This document shows, in pieces, positions 18,833 through 28,243 of a DNA stretch of 37,747 nt (within the stretch, counting starts at the first letter, position 1; every line of letters begins with the position of its first letter). Both the position numbers and the translations under genes were made by a program. The notes beneath the pieces are model-generated. The model worked only from the letters and a program-made list of their open reading frames with translations, searched no databases and was not told the DNA's origin. The DNA is from Acidobacteriota bacterium (GTDB lineage Bacteria > Acidobacteriota > Polarisedimenticolia > Gp22-AA2), in the NCBI GenBank assembly GCA_003223145.1, contig QHXY01000135.1, positions 4,288 to 42,034 on the forward strand, in the 5' to 3' direction.

Positions 18833-20173
18833 ATGTTCGAAGCGCTGGGCGAACGACTGCAGACGATCTTCAGGACGCTGCGCGGCCACGGTCACTTGAC
18901 CGAGAGCGAGATCCGCGAGGGCGTGCGCGAGATCCGCACCGCGCTCCTCGAAGCCGACGTCGATCTCTCGGTCGTCAAGGAGTTCACGGAGGTGGTCCGG
19001 CAGAAGGCGATGAGCGAGGAGATCCTGAAGAGTCTCACGCCGGGTCATCAGGTCGTCAAAGTCGTGCGCGACGAGATGATCGCCATCCTCGGGCAAGGGG
19101 ACGAGGCATCGCTCAAGAGGGCGTCCCAGACGCCGTCGGTGTACCTGATGGTCGGCCTGCAGGGCTCCGGAAAGACCACCACCAGCGCCAAGCTGGCCCG
19201 GCTGCTCAAAGGGCTGGGGCGATCGCCCCTCCTGGTCCCGGCCGACGTGCGCCGTCCCGCGGCGGTCGAACAGCTGGGCGTCCTGGGGGGGGAGATCGGC
19301 GTGCCGGTCGCGCCGGCCCGGCCCGGTGAGGACGCCGGCGCGGTTTGCCGCGCGGCGCTCAAGGAGGCCCGGCAGGTGGGGCGCGACCCCCTGGTCGTGG
19401 ACACGGCCGGTCGGCTGCACATCGACGAGGACTTGATGTCCGAACTCGCGGAATTGAAGACGGCGCTCGAGCCCGTGGAGATCCTCTATGTCGCCGACGC
19501 AATGACCGGGCAGGACACGGTGCGCGCGGCCAGCGCGTTTCACGCGCGCCTGACGCTGACCGGCGTCATTCTGTCGAAGACGGACGGTGACGCCCGCGGC
19601 GGCGCGGCCCTGTCGATCCGCAAGGTCCTGGGCGTCCCGATCAAATTCATCGGGGTCGGGGAGCACACGGAGAACCTCGAGGCATTCCACCCTGACCGGA
19701 TGGCCTCGCGTATCCTCGGCATGGGTGACGTCCTGACGCTCATCGAGAAGGCCGAGGCGGCCGCTTCGGTGGAGGAGTCGGAAGCCCTGGCGCGGCGGCT
19801 GAAGAAGAGCGAGCTCACGCTGGAGGATCTGGCGGACCAGCTCGATACGATGAAGCGTCTCGGCTCGCTGCGGCAGATCCTGGATATGCTCCCCGGTGCG
19901 GCGTCGCTCAAGGACATGCCGCTCGACGAGAAGGGTATCGGCCGCACGCGCGCCATCATCTCGTCGATGACGCGGGAAGAGCGCCTTCGACCCGAGATCA
20001 TCGACGGCAGCAGGCGAGCGCGCATCGCCCGCGGCTCGGGGACCGCGGTCTCCGATGTGAACGTGCTGCTGAAGCAGTTCAAACAGATGCGCAAGATGAT
20101 GAAGAGCATGACGCGCGGCGGTCCGGGAATGCGCTCCGGGCTGTTCGGGGCCGCGCGATCGTTCAGACGCTAA
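18833..20173 (+). CDS. ffh: Signal recognition particle protein Ffh
   Basis: ALLEADV, GLQGSGKTTT, DTAGR, DGDARGG, FHPDRMASRILGMGD, SRRARIARGSG. Confidence 0.98.
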   Translation: MFEALGERLQTIFRTLRGHGHLTESEIREGVREIRTALLEADVDLSVVKEFTEVVRQKAMSEEILKSLTPGHQVVKVVRDEMIAILGQGDEASLKRASQTPSVYLMVGLQGSGKTTTSAKLARLLKGLGRSPLLVPADVRRPAAVEQLGVLGGEIGVPVAPARPGEDAGAVCRAALKEARQVGRDPLVVDTAGRLHIDEDLMSELAELKTALEPVEILYVADAMTGQDTVRAASAFHARLTLTGVILSKTDGDARGGAALSIRKVLGVPIKFIGVGEHTENLEAFHPDRMASRILGMGDVLTLIEKAEAAASVEESEALARRLKKSELTLEDLADQLDTMKRLGSLRQILDMLPGAASLKDMPLDEKGIGRTRAIISSMTREERLRPEIIDGSRRARIARGSGTAVSDVNVLLKQFKQMRKMMKSMTRGGPGMRSGLFGAARSFRR

Positions 20174-20225
20174 CCGAAAAGTCAGACACGGGACCCGAGC
20201 GGTGCCCGTGCGAGGAGGCAGACGA

Positions 20226-20474
20226 GTGTTGGTCATTCGCTTGAGCAGAGCGGGTACGAAGAACAAGCCGTTCTACCGGGTGGTGGTCTCCGAGTCGGCG
20301 CGCACGCCGCGATCGAAGATCACCGATCAGGTCGGCTACTACGATCCCAAGCGCAAACCGGAGGTCATCGCCATCGACGTCACCAAGGCCGAGAGCTGGA
20401 TCAAGAAGGGGGCGCACGCCTCCGACACGGTCCGCAGGCTTCTCGAGAGGGCGCGGGAAGCGCGGCCGGTCTAG
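20226..20474 (+). CDS. rpsP: 30S ribosomal protein S16
   Basis: GAGGAGG RBS then GTG 20226; IRLSRAG..KPFYRVVV, GYYDP, WIKKGA..SDTV. Confidence 0.97.
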   Translation: MLVIRLSRAGTKNKPFYRVVVSESARTPRSKITDQVGYYDPKRKPEVIAIDVTKAESWIKKGAHASDTVRRLLERAREARPV

Positions 20475-20499
20475 GAGCCTCAGCGGGGAGGGACACGCG

Positions 20500-20745
20500 T
20501 TGGCGACACCGGATATCGGGGCCTGGGTGGCGGCCATGGCGCGCGACCTCGTGGACCATCCCGAGGCGGTCAGCGTCGCCTCGTTCGAGGAAGATGGGAT
20601 CATGGTCTTCGAGCTGTCGGTCGACCCTCCGGAGCTCGGTCGCGTCATCGGGCGGCAGGGCCGCACGGTCCAGGCCCTGCGCACGCTGCTCGAGGCCGCA
20701 GGGGCCCGGCAGGGCGCCTATTACGAACTTGAAATCGTGGAGTGA
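20500..20745 (+). CDS. khpA: KH-domain RNA-binding protein (KhpA/YlqC)
   Basis: LVDHPEAV, GRVIGRQGRT; conserved rpsP-KH-rimM position. Confidence 0.92.
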   Translation: MATPDIGAWVAAMARDLVDHPEAVSVASFEEDGIMVFELSVDPPELGRVIGRQGRTVQALRTLLEAAGARQGAYYELEIVE

Positions 20746-20779
20746 CGACGGGTGCGGGCGCTCCGGCGGCAACGTCGAG

Positions 20780-21310
20780 GTGCCGGTCGCGACCGGTCTC
20801 AAGCTGCGGGGGGCGGGAGGTCGTCTGACAGCCCGGCTGGTGCCGGGCGGCATCGACCAGCTGGAGGGTCGCGACTGGGTGCTCGTCGGGCGGCTGGGAG
20901 GGATCCTGAGGCGTGTTGCGATCGAGGAGTACTCGATCTACAGGGATAAGGTCGTCCTGAAATTCCGGGGAATCGATGCGGCGCCCGCAGCCGCCGAGAT
21001 CGTCGGTCAGGATATCTTGATACCCTGCAACGGGTTGGTTGATCTCCCGGAGGGCAGCTACTATATTTTTGAGCTGATCGGCCTGACCGTCCGGACGCGC
21101 GGGGGCCGCGAGATCGGCACAGTGCGCGGCGTCGTGCAGACGGGCGGCACACCCCTGCTCGCGATCGAGCCGGGGGCTGACCTCGGGCCGTCCGTGCAGG
21201 ACGAGATCCTGCTGCCGGCCGCGCGATCCATCTGCACGGCCATTGACCTGGCCGCCGGCTGCATCACGATCGAGCCGCCGGACGGCCTTCTGGAACTTTA
21301 TGGACTTTGA
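20780..21310 (+). CDS. rimM: 16S rRNA processing protein RimM (start uncertain; in-frame TTG 20729 or GTG 20780)
   Basis: [42 protein letters not shown]; synteny. Confidence 0.9.
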   Translation: MPVATGLKLRGAGGRLTARLVPGGIDQLEGRDWVLVGRLGGILRRVAIEEYSIYRDKVVLKFRGIDAAPAAAEIVGQDILIPCNGLVDLPEGSYYIFELIGLTVRTRGGREIGTVRGVVQTGGTPLLAIEPGADLGPSVQDEILLPAARSICTAIDLAAGCITIEPPDGLLELYGL

Positions 21311-22019
21311 CATCATCACCGCCTTCCCGGGCATGTTCGAGGGTCCGCTGTCGCACAGCATCGTCAGGAGGGCGCGCGACAAGGGGCTGGTCGAGATCCG
21401 CGTCCACGACCTGCGTGCTGACGCAACGGGAAGGCACCGCAAGATCGTCGACATCCCCTACGGGGGCGGCGGCGGCATGATCCTGATGCCGGGTCCCCTG
21501 TTTGCGGCGGTGGAGGCGATCCAGGAGCGCCACCCGGCGACGTCGTCGCGAACTGTCCTTCTGTGTCCTCAGGGAGCGAGGTTCGACCAGGAGCGCGCCA
21601 AGCGGCTGGCCGTCTGCGGCCGGCTGATCCTCATCTGCGGCCACTACGAGGGCGTGGACGAGAGGGTGCGTGAGCATCTCGCCGACGAGGAGATCTCGAT
21701 CGGCGACTACGTCCTGACGGGAGGCGAGATCCCCGCGATGGTGATGGTCGACAGCCTGACGCGACTGCTGCCGGGGGCCCTGGGCGACGAGGATGGCGCG
21801 CGGCACGACTCGTTCTTCGAGGAGGGATTCGATCACCCCCACTACACGCGACCCGCGAGCTTTCGCGGCTTGAAGGTGCCCGACATCCTGCTCTCCGGAC
21901 ACCACGGACGCATCGCCGCCTGGCGGCGGGCCCGGGCGCAGGAGGCCACGGCACGCAAACGACCCGATCTCTTGAAGCCCCGCGCTCGCGGCAGGGCTGA
22001 AGCGATCCAGGAACACTGA
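21300..22019 (+). CDS. trmD: tRNA (guanine37-N1)-methyltransferase
   Basis: [41 protein letters not shown]. Confidence 0.98.
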   Translation: MDFDIITAFPGMFEGPLSHSIVRRARDKGLVEIRVHDLRADATGRHRKIVDIPYGGGGGMILMPGPLFAAVEAIQERHPATSSRTVLLCPQGARFDQERAKRLAVCGRLILICGHYEGVDERVREHLADEEISIGDYVLTGGEIPAMVMVDSLTRLLPGALGDEDGARHDSFFEEGFDHPHYTRPASFRGLKVPDILLSGHHGRIAAWRRARAQEATARKRPDLLKPRARGRAEAIQEH

Positions 22020-22048
22020 ACAGGAGAGGAGCGCGGAGGCAGAACACC

Positions 22049-22396
22049 ATGGATTTCGTGAAGCTGATCGAACAGAGAGAGATCAAGGGCAACCCGCCCT
22101 CCTTCCGGGTAGGCGACACCGTCAAGGTGCACGTGAAGGTCAAAGAAGGGGAGAAGGATCGCATCCAGGTCTTCGGCGGCATGGTGATCGCCATGAAGGG
22201 GGGCGGCACCGGCAGCACCTTCACCGTCCGGAAAATCTCCGACGGCATCGGCGTCGAGAGGATCTTTCCGATGCACTCGCCGATCATCGGCAAGATCGAG
22301 GTCGTGCGTCGGGGCAAGGTGCGAAGGGCGAAGCTCTACTATTTGAGGGATCGCAAGGGAAAGGCAGCGCGCGTCGAAGAAGAAACCCAGGGGTAG
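22049..22396 (+). CDS. rplS: 50S ribosomal protein L19
   Basis: [45 protein letters not shown]. Confidence 0.99.
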   Translation: MDFVKLIEQREIKGNPPSFRVGDTVKVHVKVKEGEKDRIQVFGGMVIAMKGGGTGSTFTVRKISDGIGVERIFPMHSPIIGKIEVVRRGKVRRAKLYYLRDRKGKAARVEEETQG

Positions 22397-22400
22397 ACGG

Positions 22401-23005
22401 GTGGCCTGCCGCGGCACCGCCGGCTGGACACACGAGCGGCGACTGTCCGTCGAAGGATACCGGGTCGTGGCGGGCGTGGACGAAGTGGGTCGGGGCTGCC
22501 TGGCGGGCCCGGTGGTGGCGGGAGCGGTCGTTCTCGACCGGGACCTTCCGGTCCAGGGCGTCCGCGACTCGAAGCTGCTGGCCCCGCCCGACCGCGAGCG
22601 CCTGGCGCGGGAGATCGCGGCGCGGGCGCTGGCATTCGCGCTGGGGGTGGTCGATCCGGACGAGATTGATCGGACCGACATCCTGCGGGCGACGCTTGTG
22701 GCGATGAGGCGCGCCGTGGAGGCGCTCAGGGTGCGGCCCGATTTCGTGCTCGTGGATGCTCTGACCATCCCGGGGATCGCAACCCCGCAGAGGGGCATCG
22801 TGCACGGGGACCGGCTCTCGGCCAGTATCGCGGCGGCTTCGATCGTCGCGAAGTTCTACGGCACAAGGGCTACGGCACCCGCGACCATTTCGACGCGCTG
22901 GCCCGCTATGGCCCCACTCCGCTGCACCGCTCCACTTTCCGCGGCGTGCGGCCCGAGGTCGCTCCCGTGGCGCCGCTCTTCTCGACGCCCGGGCGGGTGC
23001 CTTGA
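22401..23005 (+). pseudogene. rnhB: Ribonuclease HII, broken by an internal deletion plus frameshift near 22860 (true pseudogene or assembly error)
   Basis: [24 protein letters not shown] in the first frame. [26 protein letters not shown] resumes at 22862 in another frame and stops at TGA 23003-05. Confidence 0.88.
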
Positions 23006-26000
23006 TGCCCTTCGACCGCGCCAAGACGCTCGCCAGCGCCGAGAAATTCGTCAGGGCCGGCAAGATCCCCGAGGCCATCGGCGAGTACAAGAAACTCTTC
23101 GAAGACAACAGTCGCGACATGGGCGTGCTCAACAAGCTGGGCGACCTCTGCGTCCGGGTCGGGAAGAACCAGGACGCCATCCGGTTCTTCCTGCGCATCG
23201 CCGAGTTCTACTCCGCGGACGGCTTCTTCCTCAAGGCGATCGCCATGTACAAGAAGGTGAGCAAGCTCGATCCGGCGAACGCCGACTGTCTGCAGAAGCT
23301 GGCCGGTCTCTACCAGCAGCAGGGGCTGACGATCGAGGCCAAGGCCCAGTATCTCGCGGTGGCGGACCGTCACATCAAGGGGGGTCACTTCAAGAAGGCC
23401 ATCGAGGTGTTCGCCAGCATCCTCGAGATCGAGCCGGACAACATGAAGATCCGGCTGACGTACGCGGACATGCTGGTTCGGGCGGGCAGCACGCCGGACG
23501 CCGGCGCGCAGTTCCGCGTGGTCGCCCAGGACCTGGCGAGGAAGGGAATGTTCGACGAGGCGCTCAAGGTCGCGCAGAAAGGGTCGAAGATCGTCCCCGG
23601 CGATCCCGACATGATGAGCCTCGTGCTGGCGCTGACGAAAGAGGCCGAGAAGAGTCCGGGGGAGCTTCTGTCCACGGTCGTCGCCATGGCGAAGGCGAAC
23701 GGCGACAATCCGCGCTCGCTGGCCCTTCTGGGTGAAGCCTACCTCGCTGCCGGCAAGACCTCGGAGGCCGAAAAGGTCTTTCAGAGACTGCGGGGGATCG
23801 AGGACGCGCCACCCGAGGTCGCCTGCGCCCTGGCGCGCTTCTACATCTCGAAGGACGAGGCGGACCCCGCTCTCGAGTGGGTGTCGCGCGCGGCGGAGGG
23901 CTACCTGGGTGCGTCCCGGCCGACGGACGCGGCCGGGATGATGGACGAGTTCCTGCGCGCCTTCCCCAATCATCGCGGCGGCCTGATGAAGCGCGCGGCG
24001 GTCGCCGAGCAGGCGGGTGACAAGAAGGCGCAGTTCGAGGCCTTGCAGGGGCTCGCCGAGACGCTCCTGCACTCCGGCGAGCGCCAGGAGGCAGCCGGTA
24101 TCGTCAAGACGATGCAGGGGCTGGATCCGCAGAACCCGAAGTGTGCCGAGATGCTCGATCGACTCAGTGAGCGCGCGGGTGGCGGCGCGCCCAAGGCGGC
24201 GCCTGCAGCGGCTCCCGGAGCGGGCGGCGGCCCCCGGGCCCAGGCGGCGGCAGCGCGCGTTCCCGACATCCAGGAAGGGGCGCTCGACCTCGAGGAAGAG
24301 CCGGCCGCTGCGGTTCCGATCGATGAGACGGAAGTGGCTTCCGGGGCCGACGCTCTGGGGGACGTCGAGGAAGAGCCGTACGGACCGCAGAGCAAGATCC
24401 AGGACATGCAGGCGGAGCCCGACGAGGAGGGCGACGAGCCCGAAGACGACGACTTCATCACCGAGCACTTCACGGAGGCCGAGGTCTTCGTCAAGTACGG
24501 GCTCCTCGATAAGGCGAAGGAACAGCTCCTGAAGGTCCTCGCCAAGTACCCCAAGCACGTCCCGTCGCACTCCAAGCTGAAGGAGATTTATTACGAGGAA
24601 GGGGACAAGGAGAAGGCGGTCGCCGAGTGCCTGTCCCTGGCGTCGATCATGAAATCGCGCAACCGCGCGGAGGAGGCGCAGGACCTCGTCAACGAGGCGA
24701 TCCGGATCGACCCGAACAATCCGCGCCTGCGGGAGTTCACCGCCGCGCCTGCCGCCCCCGAGCCGGCGAAGGCCGCACCGGTTGCGGCCCCGCCAAAGCC
24801 GGCGGCTCCGGTGAAGCCCCCGAAAGTACCGGCCGCCGCAAAGCCGGCGCCACCGGCGGCAGCACCTCCCCCGGAGCTGGAGATCGAGGAGATCGGCGGC
24901 GGGACCGAGCTGGAGATCGAGCCGACAAGCCAGATCGGCGCTCCCGTCAGGGATGACGCGGTAGAAGTCCCGGGCTCGGACATGGAGCTCGAGCTCGAGA
25001 TGCCCGAAGAACCTGAAGGAAAGAAGCCGGCCGCGCCTCCGCGCGCCGCCACGCCGGCCTCGGCGCGCCCCCAGGCGGCGGTCCGTCCGGCGCCCGAGAA
25101 GATCGAGGAGGAGACCCCGGACGACCTGGCGGGCGGTCTGTCTCTCGACCTGAGCGACGATGAGATCACCATCGAGGTGGAAGACGACGGAGGCGCGACG
25201 CCTCCCGCATCAGCGGGCGCGGACCGCTCCCCGGCGTACGCCGCGGCGGGGGGCGGCGATCCCGATGCCGAGAAGCTGGGAGAGGTCGATTTCTACATCG
25301 ATCAGGGGCTTCTGGAAGAGGCGCGCGCCGTGCTGTTCCAGCTCCAGAAGCAGTATCCGGGAAGCCAGGAAGTGGCCAACCGTTTCGAGCGGGCCAACCG
25401 TCCGGCGGCGGAGATGCCCGCGGCGCGCGCCGCGCCGCCATCCCAGCCGGGCGAGCTCGACCTGGACGTCGAGCGCGCCTTCGGAGCGCAGACGATGGTC
25501 CTCCCGGCGCCCCGTCCCGTGCCCGCGGACATGCCGCGCGCGACCAAGGCGACGCCCGTATTCCGCGTCGAGAAAGCCGAGCCCGCTGCCGAGGGCGACT
25601 TCTTCGACCTGGCGGGCGAACTGGACCGCAGCCTGGCGGAGGCGCACGTGGCGGTCGACACACAGGAGCAGGAAGCGCTCGAGGGACCGGGGCACAGCCT
25701 GGACGAGATATTTCGTGCCTTCAAGAGGGGGGTCGAGCAGCAGGTCGACTCGCAGGACTACGAGACGCACTACAACCTCGGGATCGCTTACAAGGAGATG
25801 GGCCTCGTGGACGAGGCGATCGGGGAATTCCAGTACGCCGCGCGCGACCCGGCCAAGACCGTCGAATGCTGCGGCATCCTGGGACTGTGCTTTCGCGAGA
25901 AAGGCATGCCACAGCTGGCGCTGAAGTGGTACCAGAAGGGTCTGGATATGCCGGCGCTGGGGGAGCACGAGGCGATCGGCCTGCGCTACGACATCGCGGA

Positions 26001-26124
26001 GGTGTTCCGCGAGCAGGGGGATTACAAGAAGGCCATGCAGGTCTACACCGAGGTGTACGGACTGGACTCGACCTACCGCGACGTCACCGCCAAGATCAAG
26101 GAGTTGAAGAAGCTCCTTGGCTGA
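23005..26124 (+). CDS. Large cytoplasmic TPR protein with acidic/Pro-Ala linker (SgmX/FimV-like architecture)
   Basis: N-terminal TPR array; internal EAEVFVKYGLLDKA and EVDFYIDQGLLEEA helical repeats; C-terminal TPRs DYETHYNLGIAYKEMGLVDEAIGEFQ...LRYDIA; TGATG overlap with the rnhB stop. Confidence 0.85.
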   Translation: MPFDRAKTLASAEKFVRAGKIPEAIGEYKKLFEDNSRDMGVLNKLGDLCVRVGKNQDAIRFFLRIAEFYSADGFFLKAIAMYKKVSKLDPANADCLQKLAGLYQQQGLTIEAKAQYLAVADRHIKGGHFKKAIEVFASILEIEPDNMKIRLTYADMLVRAGSTPDAGAQFRVVAQDLARKGMFDEALKVAQKGSKIVPGDPDMMSLVLALTKEAEKSPGELLSTVVAMAKANGDNPRSLALLGEAYLAAGKTSEAEKVFQRLRGIEDAPPEVACALARFYISKDEADPALEWVSRAAEGYLGASRPTDAAGMMDEFLRAFPNHRGGLMKRAAVAEQAGDKKAQFEALQGLAETLLHSGERQEAAGIVKTMQGLDPQNPKCAEMLDRLSERAGGGAPKAAPAAAPGAGGGPRAQAAAARVPDIQEGALDLEEEPAAAVPIDETEVASGADALGDVEEEPYGPQSKIQDMQAEPDEEGDEPEDDDFITEHFTEAEVFVKYGLLDKAKEQLLKVLAKYPKHVPSHSKLKEIYYEEGDKEKAVAECLSLASIMKSRNRAEEAQDLVNEAIRIDPNNPRLREFTAAPAAPEPAKAAPVAAPPKPAAPVKPPKVPAAAKPAPPAAAPPPELEIEEIGGGTELEIEPTSQIGAPVRDDAVEVPGSDMELELEMPEEPEGKKPAAPPRAATPASARPQAAVRPAPEKIEEETPDDLAGGLSLDLSDDEITIEVEDDGGATPPASAGADRSPAYAAAGGGDPDAEKLGEVDFYIDQGLLEEARAVLFQLQKQYPGSQEVANRFERANRPAAEMPAARAAPPSQPGELDLDVERAFGAQTMVLPAPRPVPADMPRATKATPVFRVEKAEPAAEGDFFDLAGELDRSLAEAHVAVDTQEQEALEGPGHSLDEIFRAFKRGVEQQVDSQDYETHYNLGIAYKEMGLVDEAIGEFQYAARDPAKTVECCGILGLCFREKGMPQLALKWYQKGLDMPALGEHEAIGLRYDIAEVFREQGDYKKAMQVYTEVYGLDSTYRDVTAKIKELKKLLG

Positions 26125-26194
26125 GGGCGCACATCCTGCCGGGGGAGGGCGGGCGCGACGCGCCCCTCCCCGGACCACAGTCTCCGAGGACGGA

Positions 26195-27508
26195 TTGAAT
26201 CGCAGCGCAGGACGCGCGGCCCGTCCGATCAGTGTGCCGGGGATCGCCACGCGAGCCCTGCGCTCCGGATATTACAGCGACGCGTACTTTCTCAACGCCT
26301 CGCGCATTCTCGCGGCCGCGGCGCGTACCGGAGAACGATTCGTCGGCCGGCCCCCGGCGGCCCATGCGGGCATCCGGCCTGTCGAGTCGTTCGTGCCCGG
26401 CGACGCCGAGGTCGAGATGCAGTTCTTCGCCCGGCGCGCGCCGCGTTTTGTCGCGGCGGGCATCGGACCGGCCCTCGGCATCCTCAGGGATGGCATTCGG
26501 GGAGGGCGGCGCGGCGCAGCACGCCTCCGGGTTCGTGCAGTCACGGAAGGGAGCCTTGCACGCCCGCTGGATCCGGTGCTGGTGGTGCGCGGCAGGTATC
26601 GCGATTTCGCGCACCTCGAAACCCCGGTTCTTGGCGTCCTGACGCGTTGCAGCCGGGTGGCCACGAACGTCTACGAGTCTCTCCTGGCCTCGCGCGGCAA
26701 GCCGATCCTGTTCTTCCCCGCCCGCTTCGATCTGCCGCACTGCCAGCCTCTGGACGGCTATGCGTACCGCGTGGCGCTGGCGACCTACGCGGCCGTCACG
26801 GGGATCCGCGTGCCGGCGCACGTCTCGACGGACGCGCAGGGCGCGCTCTGGGCGGAACGCGGCAGTGGGACCATGCCGCACGCCTTCATCCTGTGCTTCC
26901 TGGGGGATACGGCGGAGGCCGTGCTGGCCTTCTGCCGGCACGCGCCCCCCTCGGTGATGCGTGTCGCCCTCGTCGACACGACCAACGACTGCGTGGGGGA
27001 ATCGGTGCGCACGGCCCGCCGGCTGCTCGAAGAGCATCTCCGCCTGTTGCGCGCCGGTCGGTCCGCGGAGGCGGCGCGCTACGTCCTGCACGCTGTGCGG
27101 GTTGATACCGCGCAGGATCTGCGGGACAAGAGCGTTCCGGCGTCGCCCGACCCGCGTCTGGAGCGTGGCGTCACGCCGGTCCTGGCGAAGCTGGTGCGCG
27201 GCGCGCTGGACCAGGCGTCCCAGGGTATGGGTCTTTCAGGTCGCTGGCGGACGGCCGCCGATCGCTACGTTCGCGGCGTCCGGATCGTGGCGACCGGGGG
27301 TTTCGACCCCGGCAAGATCCGCTTGTTCGAAAAACGGCGGGCCCCGGTGGACGTCTACGGCGTCGGGTCGTTCTTGCTGCGCGGTGCGGCCAACGATTAC
27401 ACCGCGGACGTGGTGCGGGTTCGTGTCGGGGGTCGCTTTGTCACCATGGCGAAGACGGGCCGCCGCCCGCGTCGCAGCCACGAGCTGAGACCGGTACGGC
27501 TTTGCTGA
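26195..27508 (+). CDS. Nicotinate phosphoribosyltransferase-like type II PRTase (start uncertain: 26117/26195/26234)
   Basis: GYYSDAYF, VEMQFF, VATN, GTMPH, ALVD..NDCV, VRVDT, GGFD, VDVYGVGS, DYTAD, AKTGR; GAGGA precedes TTG 26195. Confidence 0.85.
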   Translation: MNRSAGRAARPISVPGIATRALRSGYYSDAYFLNASRILAAAARTGERFVGRPPAAHAGIRPVESFVPGDAEVEMQFFARRAPRFVAAGIGPALGILRDGIRGGRRGAARLRVRAVTEGSLARPLDPVLVVRGRYRDFAHLETPVLGVLTRCSRVATNVYESLLASRGKPILFFPARFDLPHCQPLDGYAYRVALATYAAVTGIRVPAHVSTDAQGALWAERGSGTMPHAFILCFLGDTAEAVLAFCRHAPPSVMRVALVDTTNDCVGESVRTARRLLEEHLRLLRAGRSAEAARYVLHAVRVDTAQDLRDKSVPASPDPRLERGVTPVLAKLVRGALDQASQGMGLSGRWRTAADRYVRGVRIVATGGFDPGKIRLFEKRRAPVDVYGVGSFLLRGAANDYTADVVRVRVGGRFVTMAKTGRRPRRSHELRPVRLC

Positions 27509-27531
27509 AGACGCTGAGAAAGGGACGCGGC

Positions 27532-28210
27532 ATGCAGCGAAGGTCGGGACGATCCCGTGCCACCGGGCGGCTCCTGAACGGCCCGGGCGGAGCGGCCGTC
27601 GTCCTCCGTCCCGCTCGCCCGGTCAGGGGGCTCCGCATCCTCCGCAAGCTGCCGTCTGGCGGGACGGGGTTCCTGACACTGGAACGGTTGCTTGCGAGGA
27701 ATCTGTATCATGACGGCAGGCGGTCACCGATCTACCGGTTCGAGGTTGTTCATCGTCGTGGGGTCGACGCGGTCGCAATCCTGCCTTTCTATTTCGATCC
27801 GCCGAGACGTCTGATGATCATCTGCAAGATCGGGTTCAGGCCCGGACTGTACACCCGCTCAAGACTGCACCCGCCCGTCCGGGATCGGCGCGTCTACAGG
27901 TCGGTGATCGAAGCGGTGGCGGGCAGTCTCGAGCCGGGCGACCGGGGTGAGGCCGGGATCAGCGCGCGGGCTCGGGCGGAGCTTCTCGAGGAAACCGGAT
28001 TGAGGCCTCTGGCCGCCGGAACGCTGCGCCTGGGAAGCGGCTTTTTTCCGTCGCACGGTCAGTCCACCGAAAAGGTCCACTTGCGCGCCTTCAGGGTCGA
28101 CCCTCCTCCTCATGTGTCGCCGTGGTCTCATCGAGGACCCGAAGGTCGAGATCGGTGTGACCCGATTGATGCGGGCCATCGGCCGCCGGCCTCGAATCGG
28201 CAGAACCTGA
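27532..28210 (+). pseudogene. Nudix hydrolase (ADP-ribose pyrophosphatase-like), broken by an internal deletion plus frameshift near 28102
   Basis: DAVAILP, variant Nudix box AGSLEPGD...ELLEETGL, FPSHG.STEKVHL. The typical end MCRRGLIEDPKVEIGVTRL lies in the +1 frame from about 28103, stop 28208-10. Confidence 0.8.
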
Positions 28211-28243
28211 AATTGTGGCCGCCAGCGGACACGAAGTGACCAC

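Noticed and set aside
17468-20266. Very long antisense or alternate-frame ORFs (e.g. 932 aa at 17468-20266, 890 aa at 33466-36138, 733 aa at 4140-6341)
   Set aside because: These are shadows of well-supported genes in high-GC DNA. Their translations are Arg/Pro/Gly-rich or motif-free.
22845-22870. Programmed ribosomal frameshifting in rnhB (and in the Nudix gene)
   Set aside because: No slippery heptamer was seen, and conserved residues are physically missing, which frameshifting could not restore.
22401-23735. 444-aa ORF as an RNase HII fusion protein
   Set aside because: Everything after IVAKFY is out-of-frame read-through. The true RNase HII C-terminus is in another frame.
24740-25100. 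Repeat-like DNA in the large TPR gene
   Set aside because: Low-complexity Pro/Ala/Lys and Glu-Leu coding linker, not a CRISPR array or discrete repeat element.
26195-28210. PRTase plus Nudix as a phage-type NAD reconstitution or defence system
   Set aside because: No PRPP-synthetase-like or NMNAT partner and no phage or defence context; the genes sit in a housekeeping operon.
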